DNA of 64,000 nucleotides, taken from Candidatus Micrarchaeia archaeon. Lineage in GTDB: Archaea; Micrarchaeota; Micrarchaeia; CABMEP01. The notes below the pieces were generated by a model. It was given only the letters and a program-made list of their open reading frames with translations. It had not been told where the DNA came from and made no database searches. Both the position numbers and the translations under genes were made by a program. This document shows, one piece after another, positions 31,507-41,648 of the stretch. How positions within the stretch are numbered: the first letter of the stretch is position 1; each line of letters starts with the position of its first letter. The stretch lies in assembly GCA_038886535.1 (NCBI GenBank), contig JAVZXS010000002.1:154877-218876 (forward strand). Reading direction: 5' to 3'.

Positions 31507-31594
31507 GTAATCATCCCCATGAGCCGGATTTTATAAGTTTTTAGATCTCATTCGAGATCTAAGCTTTTAGATCAAGATCAAAAACAGAGGCACA

Positions 31595-31861
31595 TCAAAC
31601 AACCACTCTATAATAAATACTTTTTGCATGCCTTTCTTCTCTGTATATTTTTATTATGTCTCCTTTTTTCGGATTAAGATGTCTTATAGCCGGATCATCT
31701 ATTTTAATTTTTGGTAACTGTTCTTTTGTAACATTAAGGCTCTCCAGCAACTTTTTTTCTTCTTCTTCTTTTAATATTTCATGCTTAGGAATTAGTTTAT
31801 GCACTATAGGTTCATTTTCAAAATTCGAAGTTTCGTGTTTTTTAACCTTAGTTTTGGCCAA
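31595..31861 (-). CDS. rpoH: RNA polymerase subunit H (Rpo5)
   Basis: HKLIPKHEIL, QLPKI..DDP, GDIIKI, YYRVVV. Confidence 0.96.
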   Translation of the reverse strand: MAKTKVKKHETSNFENEPIVHKLIPKHEILKEEEEKKLLESLNVTKEQLPKIKIDDPAIRHLNPKKGDIIKIYREERHAKSIYYRVVV

Positions 31862-32093
31862 ATTACCACCATAGAATGCCGGTTAGATATCACTAAGGAT
31901 AGCCTAACAACTAGCATTTCTTTCAGAGATCTAGATCTAAAAGCAAAATATATTAGTTATTAAGATTTATAAATATTTTGTTACTTTTAGATTTTTTTTC
32001 TTTTTTAATCGGCCAGTGGGATTTTTGGTTAGTTTTTTAAAACTCACTACATATTTCAATAATATAATTCAAATGTAATTAATCAGTGATAGA

Positions 32094-32462
32094 ATGAATG
32101 ATATAGAAGAGAGGCTTTCTTTAATACTTAAAGAAATTAAAAGTTCAGGAGATGTCGAGGCTTCTGTTATAATGAGAAGAGATGGAATAATTATATCTTC
32201 AGATTTTCAAAACATTTCTTCAAAAAATCTTTCAGTTATATCCTCCCTTATTTCAGTTGCTGAGTTATCTTCCCTAGAATTAAAACGTGGTGTTTTTCAA
32301 GAGATGATGATTGAGAGTGAAAATGGTAAGATTATTTTAATTAATGCAGGAAAAAATGCAGTTTTACTTTCATTTGTTAAAAAGGAAGGAAATATAGGTT
32401 TTATTTTAATTACTTTAGAAAGCGCAGCAAAGAAGATACAAAGTATAATCGATAAAATTTAG
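32094..32462 (+). CDS. Roadblock/LC7 (MglB-like) protein
   Basis: ASVIMRRDGIIISS..ELKRG.FQEMMIESENGKIILINAG pattern. Confidence 0.88.
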   Translation: MNDIEERLSLILKEIKSSGDVEASVIMRRDGIIISSDFQNISSKNLSVISSLISVAELSSLELKRGVFQEMMIESENGKIILINAGKNAVLLSFVKKEGNIGFILITLESAAKKIQSIIDKI

Positions 32463-32487
32463 AAATTATATTTGATAGGTAGATAAA

Positions 32488-33225
32488 ATGGAAAATACAG
32501 TGAAGAGGAAGTTATTCTTTACCTCTCCTCCTAGGGTTCCTTCAGGTATATTTGGACTTGATGACATGATGGAGGGAGGTTTCGAAAAAAACAGTTTAAA
32601 TCTCGTATGTGGAGAATTAGGATCAGGAAAAACTTTGTTTGCAATGCAATTCGTTTTCTTCGGTGCACAAAAGTATAATGATAATTCATTATTTATATCA
32701 TTTGAAGAGACAAAGGATGAATTAAGAAGGAGAATGGGGAGATTTGGCTTTGATCTTACAGCACAAGAGGCGAGTGGAAAACTTTTGATTTATTCTTATT
32801 CTCCAAGAGAAGTAAACAAATTTATTGAGGATCTTCCTAATATAGAAAGCTTGATAAAAAAGAATAAAATATCTAGAATAGCATTTGATTCTCTTACAAC
32901 ATACTCTGCTTTCTTCGATAATCCTTCAAGGAGGTCACTTGAGGTAATTTCATTGATCGATAAACTCAAAAAACTAGATTGCACATTTGTTATCACTTCT
33001 GATCTTAAATTACCTTCTAAGACACTAGAAGCAGAGGAAGGATTGATCAATGAATATTTAGTTGATTCAGTAATTTCACTTTATTCTGTGAGAAGGGGAG
33101 ATATTAGAGATTTTGGACTTGAGATAATAAAAATGAGAGGTACAAATCATAGTAGAAAGATAGTTCCAATGAGAATCATACCCACAGGGATGATTGTATA
33201 TCCAGATATGCCATTTATTAAGTAA
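32488..33225 (+). CDS. KaiC/RAD55-like RecA-superfamily ATPase (single domain)
   Basis: SGIFGLDDMMEGG, GELGSGKT, SFEE, FDS, IIKMRGTNH. Confidence 0.92.
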   Translation: MENTVKRKLFFTSPPRVPSGIFGLDDMMEGGFEKNSLNLVCGELGSGKTLFAMQFVFFGAQKYNDNSLFISFEETKDELRRRMGRFGFDLTAQEASGKLLIYSYSPREVNKFIEDLPNIESLIKKNKISRIAFDSLTTYSAFFDNPSRRSLEVISLIDKLKKLDCTFVITSDLKLPSKTLEAEEGLINEYLVDSVISLYSVRRGDIRDFGLEIIKMRGTNHSRKIVPMRIIPTGMIVYPDMPFIK

Positions 33226-33278
33226 TCTTTATATAAGAATTCTAAAAATTATTTGATTAGGAAAATTATTTACTCTAG

Positions 33279-35306
33279 TTAGACGTTTAGTTCTTTTCTT
33301 AATTCTTTTATTAACCTTTCTTTTCTCTTACTGTCTTTAATTGCATGTTCAATTACATCTATTAGGTTGCTCACAGCTATTATCTCTATTTTCTTTCTTT
33401 TTTCTTCACTCAATACTATGTCATCTAAATTCTCTTTCGGAACAATTACTGCCTTTAATCCTGCATCAACAGCTGCTTCAACTTTAGCTGTAACACCGCC
33501 CACTGGAAGAACTTGTCCTCTTACACTTAATGAACCTGTCATTGCAACATCCTGTTTTATTGCAACTCCTTCCATTGCACTTAAAACCGCGAGGGCAACA
33601 GAAATCGAAGCGCTATCTCCTTCTACACCTTCATATGTTTGTAAAAATTGAATATGTATATCATAACCAGTTACATCTTTTTTCATATGTTTCTTTATTA
33701 TTGCACTTACATTGTCGACTGCTTCTTTTGCAATCTCTCCAAGCTTTCCAGTTGCTATAACCTTTCCTTCGAATTTAGATGAAGCAGGAGTCACTTCCGC
33801 AACTATTGGCATTACTAATCCGCTGCTTCCATCTCCTATCACCGCCAACCCATTCACCCTCCCGACTTTTGCTCCATGGGTCTCTAAAACACTGTATTCT
33901 TTCTTTTGTTCAATCATCATATGTGCAAGTTGTTGTTCTATTGTTTTAGCAACTCCTTTTGCCTTAAGTACATGAGATACGTCTGTTACTGGAGAATTTT
34001 CACTTTTTGCTATGTCTCCTGCGGCCCTTATAAGACCACCTAGCTCTCTTAATTTTAATGTAAGTCTTTTCTTTCTACCTGCTTTTCTTTTTGCCTCTTT
34101 GATTATTTCTATAACTGCATCTCTTGTGAAGTGAGGGATTTTTCCGTCTTTCTTTACTTCCTGTGCAACGAATCTAACTAATTTCTCTCTATTTTCTTTA
34201 GTGTCTGGCATAGTATCGTTAAGGTATATTTCATATCCATATCCTCTTATTCTCGATCTTAATGCAGGATGCATGTTCTGAAGATCATTTAAATTTCCTG
34301 CTGCAACTAGAACAAAGTCACATGGAACAGGTTCAGTTCTGGTTAACGCTCCGCTTGACATTTCACTTTGACCTGTAATTGGAAATTTCTTTTCCTGCAT
34401 TGCAGTGAGCAGATCTTGTTGTGATTTTAGATTTAGTGTTCCAATTTCATCTATATAAAGAACACCCATGTCAGCCCTATGAATTGCTCCGCTCTCAACT
34501 CTGAGATGTGCTGGAGTACCCAAGCCTCCTGTTTGTAAAGGATCATGCCTGACGTCTCCAAAAAGGGCTCCAGCCTTAGCACCAGTAGCTTCGATAAAAG
34601 GTGCAGTTCTTCTTCCAGTATTGTCAACTATAAGTTTTGGTTCATTATACTCTTCTCTTCTGATTCCACTTTGAAGTCTTGATGTAAACATCCACATTGC
34701 AAGGAAGAATAATCCTCCAAGTACAATAGCAGCAATTATTGAAGAGTATTTCTCAATTTCTGAAAGTACTGAAAGGTCTACAAATTGAAATATCAGCAAA
34801 CCAATTAGAAGAATGATAAGTAATTTAGTTATCCAAGATATGCCACCTTGTTTCTTTGGCATTAGTTTTTGCATCTTACTTGCAAGTATTATTTTCCTTC
34901 CCTGTCCAATTTTTTCCTCTTCAGGTGCATTTTCAGGTGGAAGTCCATTAGGATAGGTAAGTACTGTTTTTATCTTTGGATTATTCTCATCGAATTCATT
35001 TGGATATACTAATACATCCCTCAGGTTTTCTGCAGGCATTAATTCCGCCATTCCTTGTGCAAGCATACTTTTTCCAGTACCTGGAGAACCAAGAAGAAGA
35101 ACGTTTCTTCTTTGTGCAGCGGCTTTCTTTACTATTTCTACTGCTTTATCCTGTCCTATTATTTGATCGATTATTTTTTCAGGTATTTTTATTTCTGCAG
35201 TTGTATTAAATTTAGGAATAGTCTTTTCGATATCTTCTAAGTCTTCACCGATTTTTGTTGTTTTTTTCTTTTCTTTTTTTAATTTTAATGTTTTCTCTTC
35301 CATCAA
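33279..35306 (-). CDS. lonB: Membrane-anchored archaeal Lon protease LonB
   Basis: GSPGTGKS, two TM insert, YIDEI, VEGDSAS (catalytic Ser), PVGGVTAK (catalytic Lys). Confidence 0.96.
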   Translation of the reverse strand: MMEEKTLKLKKEKKKTTKIGEDLEDIEKTIPKFNTTAEIKIPEKIIDQIIGQDKAVEIVKKAAAQRRNVLLLGSPGTGKSMLAQGMAELMPAENLRDVLVYPNEFDENNPKIKTVLTYPNGLPPENAPEEEKIGQGRKIILASKMQKLMPKKQGGISWITKLLIILLIGLLIFQFVDLSVLSEIEKYSSIIAAIVLGGLFFLAMWMFTSRLQSGIRREEYNEPKLIVDNTGRRTAPFIEATGAKAGALFGDVRHDPLQTGGLGTPAHLRVESGAIHRADMGVLYIDEIGTLNLKSQQDLLTAMQEKKFPITGQSEMSSGALTRTEPVPCDFVLVAAGNLNDLQNMHPALRSRIRGYGYEIYLNDTMPDTKENREKLVRFVAQEVKKDGKIPHFTRDAVIEIIKEAKRKAGRKKRLTLKLRELGGLIRAAGDIAKSENSPVTDVSHVLKAKGVAKTIEQQLAHMMIEQKKEYSVLETHGAKVGRVNGLAVIGDGSSGLVMPIVAEVTPASSKFEGKVIATGKLGEIAKEAVDNVSAIIKKHMKKDVTGYDIHIQFLQTYEGVEGDSASISVALAVLSAMEGVAIKQDVAMTGSLSVRGQVLPVGGVTAKVEAAVDAGLKAVIVPKENLDDIVLSEEKRKKIEIIAVSNLIDVIEHAIKDSKRKERLIKELRKELNV

Positions 35307-35370
35307 ATCACTATATTAATTATTAATATCAAACTAAAAATTTTAAAAAAATATATTTTCAACACTCTAT

Positions 35371-36150
35371 TTATTTCAATCTTGAAAAAGCAGTATCCCC
35401 CGATGGTAAAAGACGAATTACCTCATCTTTTTTAAGACTTAGTTGCTTTGCGATTTTTTCTGCAACTATGTCTTTTGAATATCTTCCAGGTTGCAGAGTA
35501 AAACAAATCTTGAATTTATCTGCTCCACTTTCTTCTGGAAGACACAGAAGTTCACCATTTTCATTTAATCCGATAAGCAATTTTAATTGAACTCCTCTGA
35601 AGTAATTTTTTCTTCCAGAAATAAAAAAGCTTCCTTTTTGTAAATATTCTCCAGATGGTGGAGATTTGCTTACTTGATCTTTTGTTACATAATAAACGTC
35701 AATACTTCCGTATCCCGTCTTCCATGCAGATGAATAACAAGCAGCGAATTGGGCAGTTTGTCTAAGAGATGATTCTGGTGCATTTTTTCCTTTTTTAAGT
35801 ACTACAGCAGGAGCCCCAATTATATCAGCGTGAAAAAATAAATCATCCTCTTCAAGTCTTTTTTTGACAATTTCTTCATTCTGTCCTGCGCTTTTTCCAC
35901 CTATTGCTAAAAATCCATCTGTTGTAAAAAACCAATGATATTGGCTATACCATTCTTTCTTTTCTTGCTTTTTTTCTTGTTTTTCTTGCTTTTTTTCTTT
36001 TGATCTTTCTGTTTCTTCTTCTATCTCTTTTTTTGTTTCTTCTATTGCTTTTTTTGTTTCTTCTAGTTTTCTTTTCATTTTTTTTGCATTTTCAAAATAA
36101 ATATTTGCATTGTCAAAAACTTCTTTATTCGGATCGATTATTATTTCCAT
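35371..36150 (-). CDS. NFACT-R (DUF814) domain protein, C-terminal half of an Rqc2/NEMF homologue
   Basis: NANIYFENAKKMKRK, WY..YHWF, GGKSAGQNE, FFHADIIGAP, VSKSPPSGEYL.KGSF. Confidence 0.88.
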   Translation of the reverse strand: MEIIIDPNKEVFDNANIYFENAKKMKRKLEETKKAIEETKKEIEEETERSKEKKQEKQEKKQEKKEWYSQYHWFFTTDGFLAIGGKSAGQNEEIVKKRLEEDDLFFHADIIGAPAVVLKKGKNAPESSLRQTAQFAACYSSAWKTGYGSIDVYYVTKDQVSKSPPSGEYLQKGSFFISGRKNYFRGVQLKLLIGLNENGELLCLPEESGADKFKICFTLQPGRYSKDIVAEKIAKQLSLKKDEVIRLLPSGDTAFSRLK

Positions 36151-36224
36151 ATCTATCAATATTCCAAAATATTATAAATAAGTATAAATAAGATATTAAG
36201 AAGAAAAAATCTTAAAATAAGTCT

Positions 36225-36413
36225 TTATTCTTTTATCTTTGCCGCATATCTACCTGGAGTTTTTATTCCTAACTTCTTTGCGATTTCAGAAACTTCTGGA
36301 TTAATTATTATTACCTCTCCACTCCATCTATCCGTCAATCGTTCGCTTCCACAGAGTGGACACTTGTTTTGACCTTTTGAAATATATTTACAATCTTTGC
36401 ATGCTTTTTCCAT
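36225..36413 (-). CDS. spt4: Transcription elongation factor Spt4 (RpoE'')
   Basis: ACKDC..CPLCGS, WSGEVIII.PE.SEIAKKLGI..PGRYA. Confidence 0.96.
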   Translation of the reverse strand: MEKACKDCKYISKGQNKCPLCGSERLTDRWSGEVIIINPEVSEIAKKLGIKTPGRYAAKIKE

Positions 36414-36446
36414 ATAAACACCTGTAATGATTTATATTAAATTCGT

Positions 36447-37058
36447 TTATTTTTTCTTTCCTTTTTCGGTTTTCTTCTCTTTCTCTTCTTCTTTTTCTAC
36501 TTTCTTTGCTTTCTTTCCTTTTTCTTCTTCATATAACCAAGTTAAATTTCCTAATCCATCTCCCTTCATTGTCATTGCAATTTTAGTTTCCGGAATTGTC
36601 GGTTTCATACTTACAGATACTATCTTTGCTCTTACTATATCTCCTTTCTTTACAGTATGTTTGCTTCCTTTTAGAAGCAAGCTTCCTGTTTTTTTATCAA
36701 ATGTTATGAAATCATTTGCGATTTGAGATAAGTGAACAAGTCCATCGAATGGACCTATATTTATAAATATTCCAAAATCCATTACTTCTGTTACCTCTCC
36801 ATTAACAATTTCATGTGTCTCCGGTATATATACAAGTACGTTATACTTGACATCGTAGTATGCTGCTCCATCACCCAATACAACCTTTCCTCCTTTTATG
36901 TCATGTATATTCCATATTTTCAATACAACTCCGTTTTCTAGGTCAACCTTTCTTTCATATTTGTCTTGTAATATTCTCAATATGGAATCATTAAGTTCCA
37001 TTGTAAAATAAGAAGGAGGTACTCTGATTGTATCAGAAATCGTTATAACTTTGTACAT
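36447..37058 (-). CDS. rpoE1: RNA polymerase subunit E' (Rpo7)
   Basis: DTIRVPP, GDGAAY, S1 domain FGIFINIGPFDGLVHLSQI. Confidence 0.96.
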   Translation of the reverse strand: MYKVITISDTIRVPPSYFTMELNDSILRILQDKYERKVDLENGVVLKIWNIHDIKGGKVVLGDGAAYYDVKYNVLVYIPETHEIVNGEVTEVMDFGIFINIGPFDGLVHLSQIANDFITFDKKTGSLLLKGSKHTVKKGDIVRAKIVSVSMKPTIPETKIAMTMKGDGLGNLTWLYEEEKGKKAKKVEKEEEKEKKTEKGKKK

Positions 37059-37215
37059 AAGATCAAACCTCGCGATTCAAATCAACATTTTATATTTGGC
37101 AAAATCCAATAGGACATTGCCATATAATTAATGTAATATCTAATTATCCACTTATAATCGCTTAGAATATATTAGATACTATATATTAATTCAGAAAATT
37201 TTAAATTGTATTGAT

Positions 37216-37635
37216 TTAGTCTCTAAGCATTATAATTTGCGCGCCTAACCTTTTTAAATATTGCTTGAGTTTTTTATCGTATGTTACTATAGAGAGTTTT
37301 TGTTTCTTTGCTATTTTTATGAACCATCTATCTAAAGGAGGATCAGCTTTTTCGACATTTATCTTCCCATCCTTTTCCCATTTTTGGATTATTTTTAGTG
37401 CTATAGTTGCATTTCTTTTTTCAGATAAACTACTTTTCTTTGAGTTGATAATTTTTTCTAATTCATCATAGATTCCAGAGGGAACTACTACAATGGATTT
37501 TATTCCTCTAATTTTTTTATGGAGCGTTTCTAAGATGTCAATCTTCTTTTGTATAGAATAGATAATCGCATTGGTATCAAAAGTTAATATTTGTTTTTCT
37601 TTGTTTGTTTCTATCTCTTTCTTTTCCTGTCTCAT
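37216..37635 (-). CDS. PIN domain protein (Fcf1/Utp24-like)
   Basis: FDTNAI, ELEKI, D..., VTYDKKL; conserved position upstream of rpoE. Confidence 0.82.
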   Translation of the reverse strand: MRQEKKEIETNKEKQILTFDTNAIIYSIQKKIDILETLHKKIRGIKSIVVVPSGIYDELEKIINSKKSSLSEKRNATIALKIIQKWEKDGKINVEKADPPLDRWFIKIAKKQKLSIVTYDKKLKQYLKRLGAQIIMLRD

Positions 37636-37639
37636 TTGA

Positions 37640-40243
37640 TCACTGCTTTGTTCTTAGTAGATGTTTTTTAGCTTCAAATATTATTGTAATAATTACAATA
37701 AGAGGAACAATATGTATCCATTGCATCAGAGTAAGAGGTTTAAGTTCAAATAAAGGCGCCAAGAATGGTATGTAAAATGCAGCAAATAGAATTAGAAATG
37801 TTAAACAAATAGAGAGAATAGTATCCGAAGAAATATGTTTCCATGACTTAAGTAAGCTATCTTTTATTGATATTGAGTTTATAGATATTGTTAATACAGT
37901 TATAGATAATACTGCTATTGCTAATGTTCGACTATATCCTTCAAATATTGGGATCAATGTTAAATACCCAAAGTATATAGATGCAACAAGTGCAATTAAG
38001 AGCATCGCAAGGTATTCACTTGTTTCAGGGAATTTTTTCGATGTTTTAATTGCCAATGATTTTTCATATAATCTTTCCTTTGAGAAATTCGTTGCAATTG
38101 CAACATCCGCAATTAAATTTATAAGTAGTATCTGGGTTGCAGTCATCATGTCTCCTGTAAATATTATTGCGCTTACCATAACAGTAAAAAATATTGCCAT
38201 ATCTGATGCTGATAAAGCATAAAAAGTTCTTTCTATGTTTCTTCTCATATCTCTTGATTCCTCTATTAAATCTACTATACTTTCATATCTGTCGTTCTTT
38301 ATTATTCCATCTGCATTATTTTTTATTATACCTGGAGCACTTTCAACTGCGAGAGATAAATTTGTGTACAATAATGGACTGTAGTCTGTTCCTATTGATT
38401 CGATGTATGTGACATGATGCCCTTCTTTTTTAAACGTATCTAATATCATTGCCTCGTATTCTTCTGTAGATTCTGAGAAAACAACTGATTCAAGTATTCT
38501 TTTTGTCCTTTCTTCAGCTCTCATATATTTTAGTTCTTCACATATAACAGCTTTGTCTTTTTCAGTCATTATTCCAATTTCTCTTGCAAAGCTTACTGCT
38601 TCTCCACTTTTTACTTTAGTTATTATAATTGGCTTTATTCCGGCTTCCTTAAGTTCTTGTACTGTTTTTTTGACTTCCTGCTTTGGTGGGTCATATATAC
38701 CTAATAGAGAAAGGAATGTGAAATATTTTGGTTCTTCTTTTTTCCAGGCAAATGCAATTGCGTATGGGGTTTGTCCATTTGCGGTCATTTTAATCTCTTG
38801 AGCTTCTATTTCTTCTTTAATTTTTTCATCAATCTTTAGGAATTTTCCATTTGAGTAAAGTGATTTGCATCTTTCTTTTACTTTTTCAGAGGGACCAAAC
38901 ATAACAAATGCAAATCTGTTTCTTTTCTTTATCTTAACAATTTTTACATCTTCTGTTTCTTTTCTTTCAAGCATCACCCATTCTCCTCTTACATTTGTTA
39001 TTGGGATTCTATTTTTCATTGCCATTACTACCAGTGCGCCTTCGATTGGATCTCCATCAAGATATGGTATATTATCTTTATATTCTAATGTTGCTTCTGT
39101 AGCAGCTGCAGCCATTTCTGTCATCATATCTATAGTTGCATAATTTCTTGTTCCTTTGAAAATACCAAGAACATCCCATCCATCTCCAGTTACCTGTACT
39201 TCTTTTCTATCTATCCATATTCTTCTTACTGTAGGTTCATTTCTTGTTAGAGATTTTAACATTTCTGTAGCTACAATTGTAGTCTTGCCAATTTTATCCG
39301 CTGCACCTTCTCTTCTAAGCACAACGAATTTAGACATCCTTTCTATTGTCGATGCATATATGTAAGTTGCAACACTAAAAATAGTGTCAGGGATTGCAGC
39401 CACTGCAGCGGCGGCAGCAATTACAATTGCATTAAATAAAGGCATTCCGTCTGCAACTAGTTGAAATACTATAATAAGAGAAGCGAGATATACTACATTT
39501 CCAAAAGAATCAGTGGCCTTCTTTACTCTACTTATAGAATCGTTTTTCTTTGGATCTGTTGATAAAATGTTTTTAATCCCAAAAACAGTAAAGTATTTTG
39601 TATTCTTTCCTGTAGCTGTGACTGTTATTGTACATTCTCCTTTTTTAACAAATGTTCCTGCATAAACAGAAGATGGATCTGATTTATATGGTTTGAATGT
39701 TTTTTCTACCTCCATTTCCGGTACTTTTTCCACGATTCCTCTTTGGAATATATTTTCATCAACCAAGCAGTTTTTAGATTTAATAACTATTCCATCTGCA
39801 GGAATAAGCATTCCTTCTTCGAGTATTAATATGTCACCTGGAACAACTTCTTCTATATCAAGTCTAACTATCTTTCCATTTCTATATGCTTTTACATATC
39901 CATAAAATTCTTTAAGATTTTTTATTATTTTTTCTTCACTTTCTCTGTTTCTTATCCAATTTATGACCACCGTTAGCAAGATTATTGATATTATGAATAT
40001 ACTATGGACAATATCTACGGTAGCAAGAAAGATAGCTGCAAGAATTAAAATAATAATAGGATAGCTAAACTGTGAAATAAGGAGTTCCAATTCACTTGTT
40101 TTTACATATTGATAAATAACGTTTTTTCCATGTCTTTTAAGTCGTTCATTCGCTTCTTCTGTTGTCAATCCAATTGGTAGATTTTTAATTTCCTTACTAG
40201 TTTTTTCTTTTTTTTCATTTATTTCTTTTTGTCTCTCCACCAT
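37640..40243 (-). CDS. Cation P-type ATPase (type II-like) homologue with degenerate catalytic motifs
   Basis: GLTTEEANERLKRHGKN, VVPGDIL..G..IPADG, GDPIEGAL, DPPK, QILLINL; but DKTGT, TGES, TGD and GDGVND are all replaced. Confidence 0.85.
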   Translation of the reverse strand: MVERQKEINEKKEKTSKEIKNLPIGLTTEEANERLKRHGKNVIYQYVKTSELELLISQFSYPIIILILAAIFLATVDIVHSIFIISIILLTVVINWIRNRESEEKIIKNLKEFYGYVKAYRNGKIVRLDIEEVVPGDILILEEGMLIPADGIVIKSKNCLVDENIFQRGIVEKVPEMEVEKTFKPYKSDPSSVYAGTFVKKGECTITVTATGKNTKYFTVFGIKNILSTDPKKNDSISRVKKATDSFGNVVYLASLIIVFQLVADGMPLFNAIVIAAAAAVAAIPDTIFSVATYIYASTIERMSKFVVLRREGAADKIGKTTIVATEMLKSLTRNEPTVRRIWIDRKEVQVTGDGWDVLGIFKGTRNYATIDMMTEMAAAATEATLEYKDNIPYLDGDPIEGALVVMAMKNRIPITNVRGEWVMLERKETEDVKIVKIKKRNRFAFVMFGPSEKVKERCKSLYSNGKFLKIDEKIKEEIEAQEIKMTANGQTPYAIAFAWKKEEPKYFTFLSLLGIYDPPKQEVKKTVQELKEAGIKPIIITKVKSGEAVSFAREIGIMTEKDKAVICEELKYMRAEERTKRILESVVFSESTEEYEAMILDTFKKEGHHVTYIESIGTDYSPLLYTNLSLAVESAPGIIKNNADGIIKNDRYESIVDLIEESRDMRRNIERTFYALSASDMAIFFTVMVSAIIFTGDMMTATQILLINLIADVAIATNFSKERLYEKSLAIKTSKKFPETSEYLAMLLIALVASIYFGYLTLIPIFEGYSRTLAIAVLSITVLTISINSISIKDSLLKSWKHISSDTILSICLTFLILFAAFYIPFLAPLFELKPLTLMQWIHIVPLIVIITIIFEAKKHLLRTKQ

Positions 40244-40265
40244 ATGGATCAGCTATGTAAAAGCT

Positions 40266-41492
40266 TTATTGCTTTACAATTATTCTTTCTCCTACGCTGC
40301 TTATTCTCTCAAGTTTTATGGGTATCTTTGTTCCTACAGGAGTCTGTGCTATTGCAGTTCCTGCTTTTTTATCTATACCTATTACTTTTCCAATATATGC
40401 ACCTATTTCGGTTATTATCTCCTTTCCTTCTAATCTTATCTTCGCTGCGACTCTTATCTTTAAAGTTCTAGCGAATTCGGTTGCAAGTAATGTTACTATT
40501 ATAGAGAGAATTATGGCAATTAAAAATTCATAGAACCATGCCTCTCCTACTATCCAAGAGAGAGCAAGATATGATAAGAAAGAGACAATTATTCCATTGA
40601 ATGAATATAATCCACTGTCTATAAGTTCAAACAAACTTCCTTTTGGATATAGTTCAATCACTCTTCCAACCATTATTAAAATTATTATGAATACTGCAAA
40701 GGGCCACAGTATAGGTCTTAATCCAAAGGATAGAGATTCAAAAAAGCTATAACTATTTAAGCTTGCATTAATAAATTCGTTCACACCTATCGAGATAGAT
40801 ATCAGGGCCAATGCAACTATAGGTACATAAACAACAAGTGTAGTTCTTGTAGAGGATGAGAATAGATTTCTCACTGTATTTATTATAAAATCCTCTATTC
40901 CAAATCCTTTGAGTAGGAGATATAGACCAACAATACCAACTATAGGTCTCCATCCATATCCAAGCATATCACTAATAAGAAAAGATATCAATATTAAAGC
41001 AGGAACTCCGAAGAAAAGTTTTGCATAATACGGCTCTTTGAGCTTACTTAAAAGAGTAACGTATGTTTTTTCAAGCTCTTTTGCCTGTTTCATAACTACA
41101 GTTCTTTTTGAGTCAAGTTTTACTCTTGAAGAGATTAAAGGAAGTAGTTCTTCGTCATCAGCTCCGTCAGTTACAAAAATACATGATGTTGCATGAAATT
41201 GTTGAAGAATAGATTCTAGTTGTGTAACTATTTTCTTATCTGCATAATACCCTAATCGACTATCTCCAGTAATGGTCACAACTTCTGCTTTTTTAGTTTT
41301 TATTATTTCATCATAGATTTTTACTGCCTGAAACATTGCATTTGCATCTGTATCTTCTGGATCACTTAAAAGAAGACTTGTTGCAGCATGTATATTTGCT
41401 TGTCTTCCTATCACTGGACCAGTTATTTGCGCTTTTTTACCTAAATCATCGTCACGGTCTATACACAATATAAGTATATTCTCTTTTGTCAT
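40266..41492 (-). CDS. DUF373 family membrane protein with C-terminal PRC-barrel-like extension
   Basis: LCIDRDDDLG, DPEDTDAN, VTDGADDE, VVMKQA; TM block; GKEIITEIGAYIGKV..IIVK tail. Confidence 0.85.
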   Translation of the reverse strand: MTKENILILCIDRDDDLGKKAQITGPVIGRQANIHAATSLLLSDPEDTDANAMFQAVKIYDEIIKTKKAEVVTITGDSRLGYYADKKIVTQLESILQQFHATSCIFVTDGADDEELLPLISSRVKLDSKRTVVMKQAKELEKTYVTLLSKLKEPYYAKLFFGVPALILISFLISDMLGYGWRPIVGIVGLYLLLKGFGIEDFIINTVRNLFSSSTRTTLVVYVPIVALALISISIGVNEFINASLNSYSFFESLSFGLRPILWPFAVFIIILIMVGRVIELYPKGSLFELIDSGLYSFNGIIVSFLSYLALSWIVGEAWFYEFLIAIILSIIVTLLATEFARTLKIRVAAKIRLEGKEIITEIGAYIGKVIGIDKKAGTAIAQTPVGTKIPIKLERISSVGERIIVKQ

Positions 41493-41648
41493 TGAAGCAC
41501 CATTTAATTTTTTCTTTTTTTCTATGAATAAATGTTATTAAATATTTATAAATTCTATTATTGTATATAATATAGTCTTGTGTTATTATAAATCTAAGAT
41601 CTATTTTAATTGATTAAAATTTGAAATTTAATTTTAAAGTGGGTAGCT

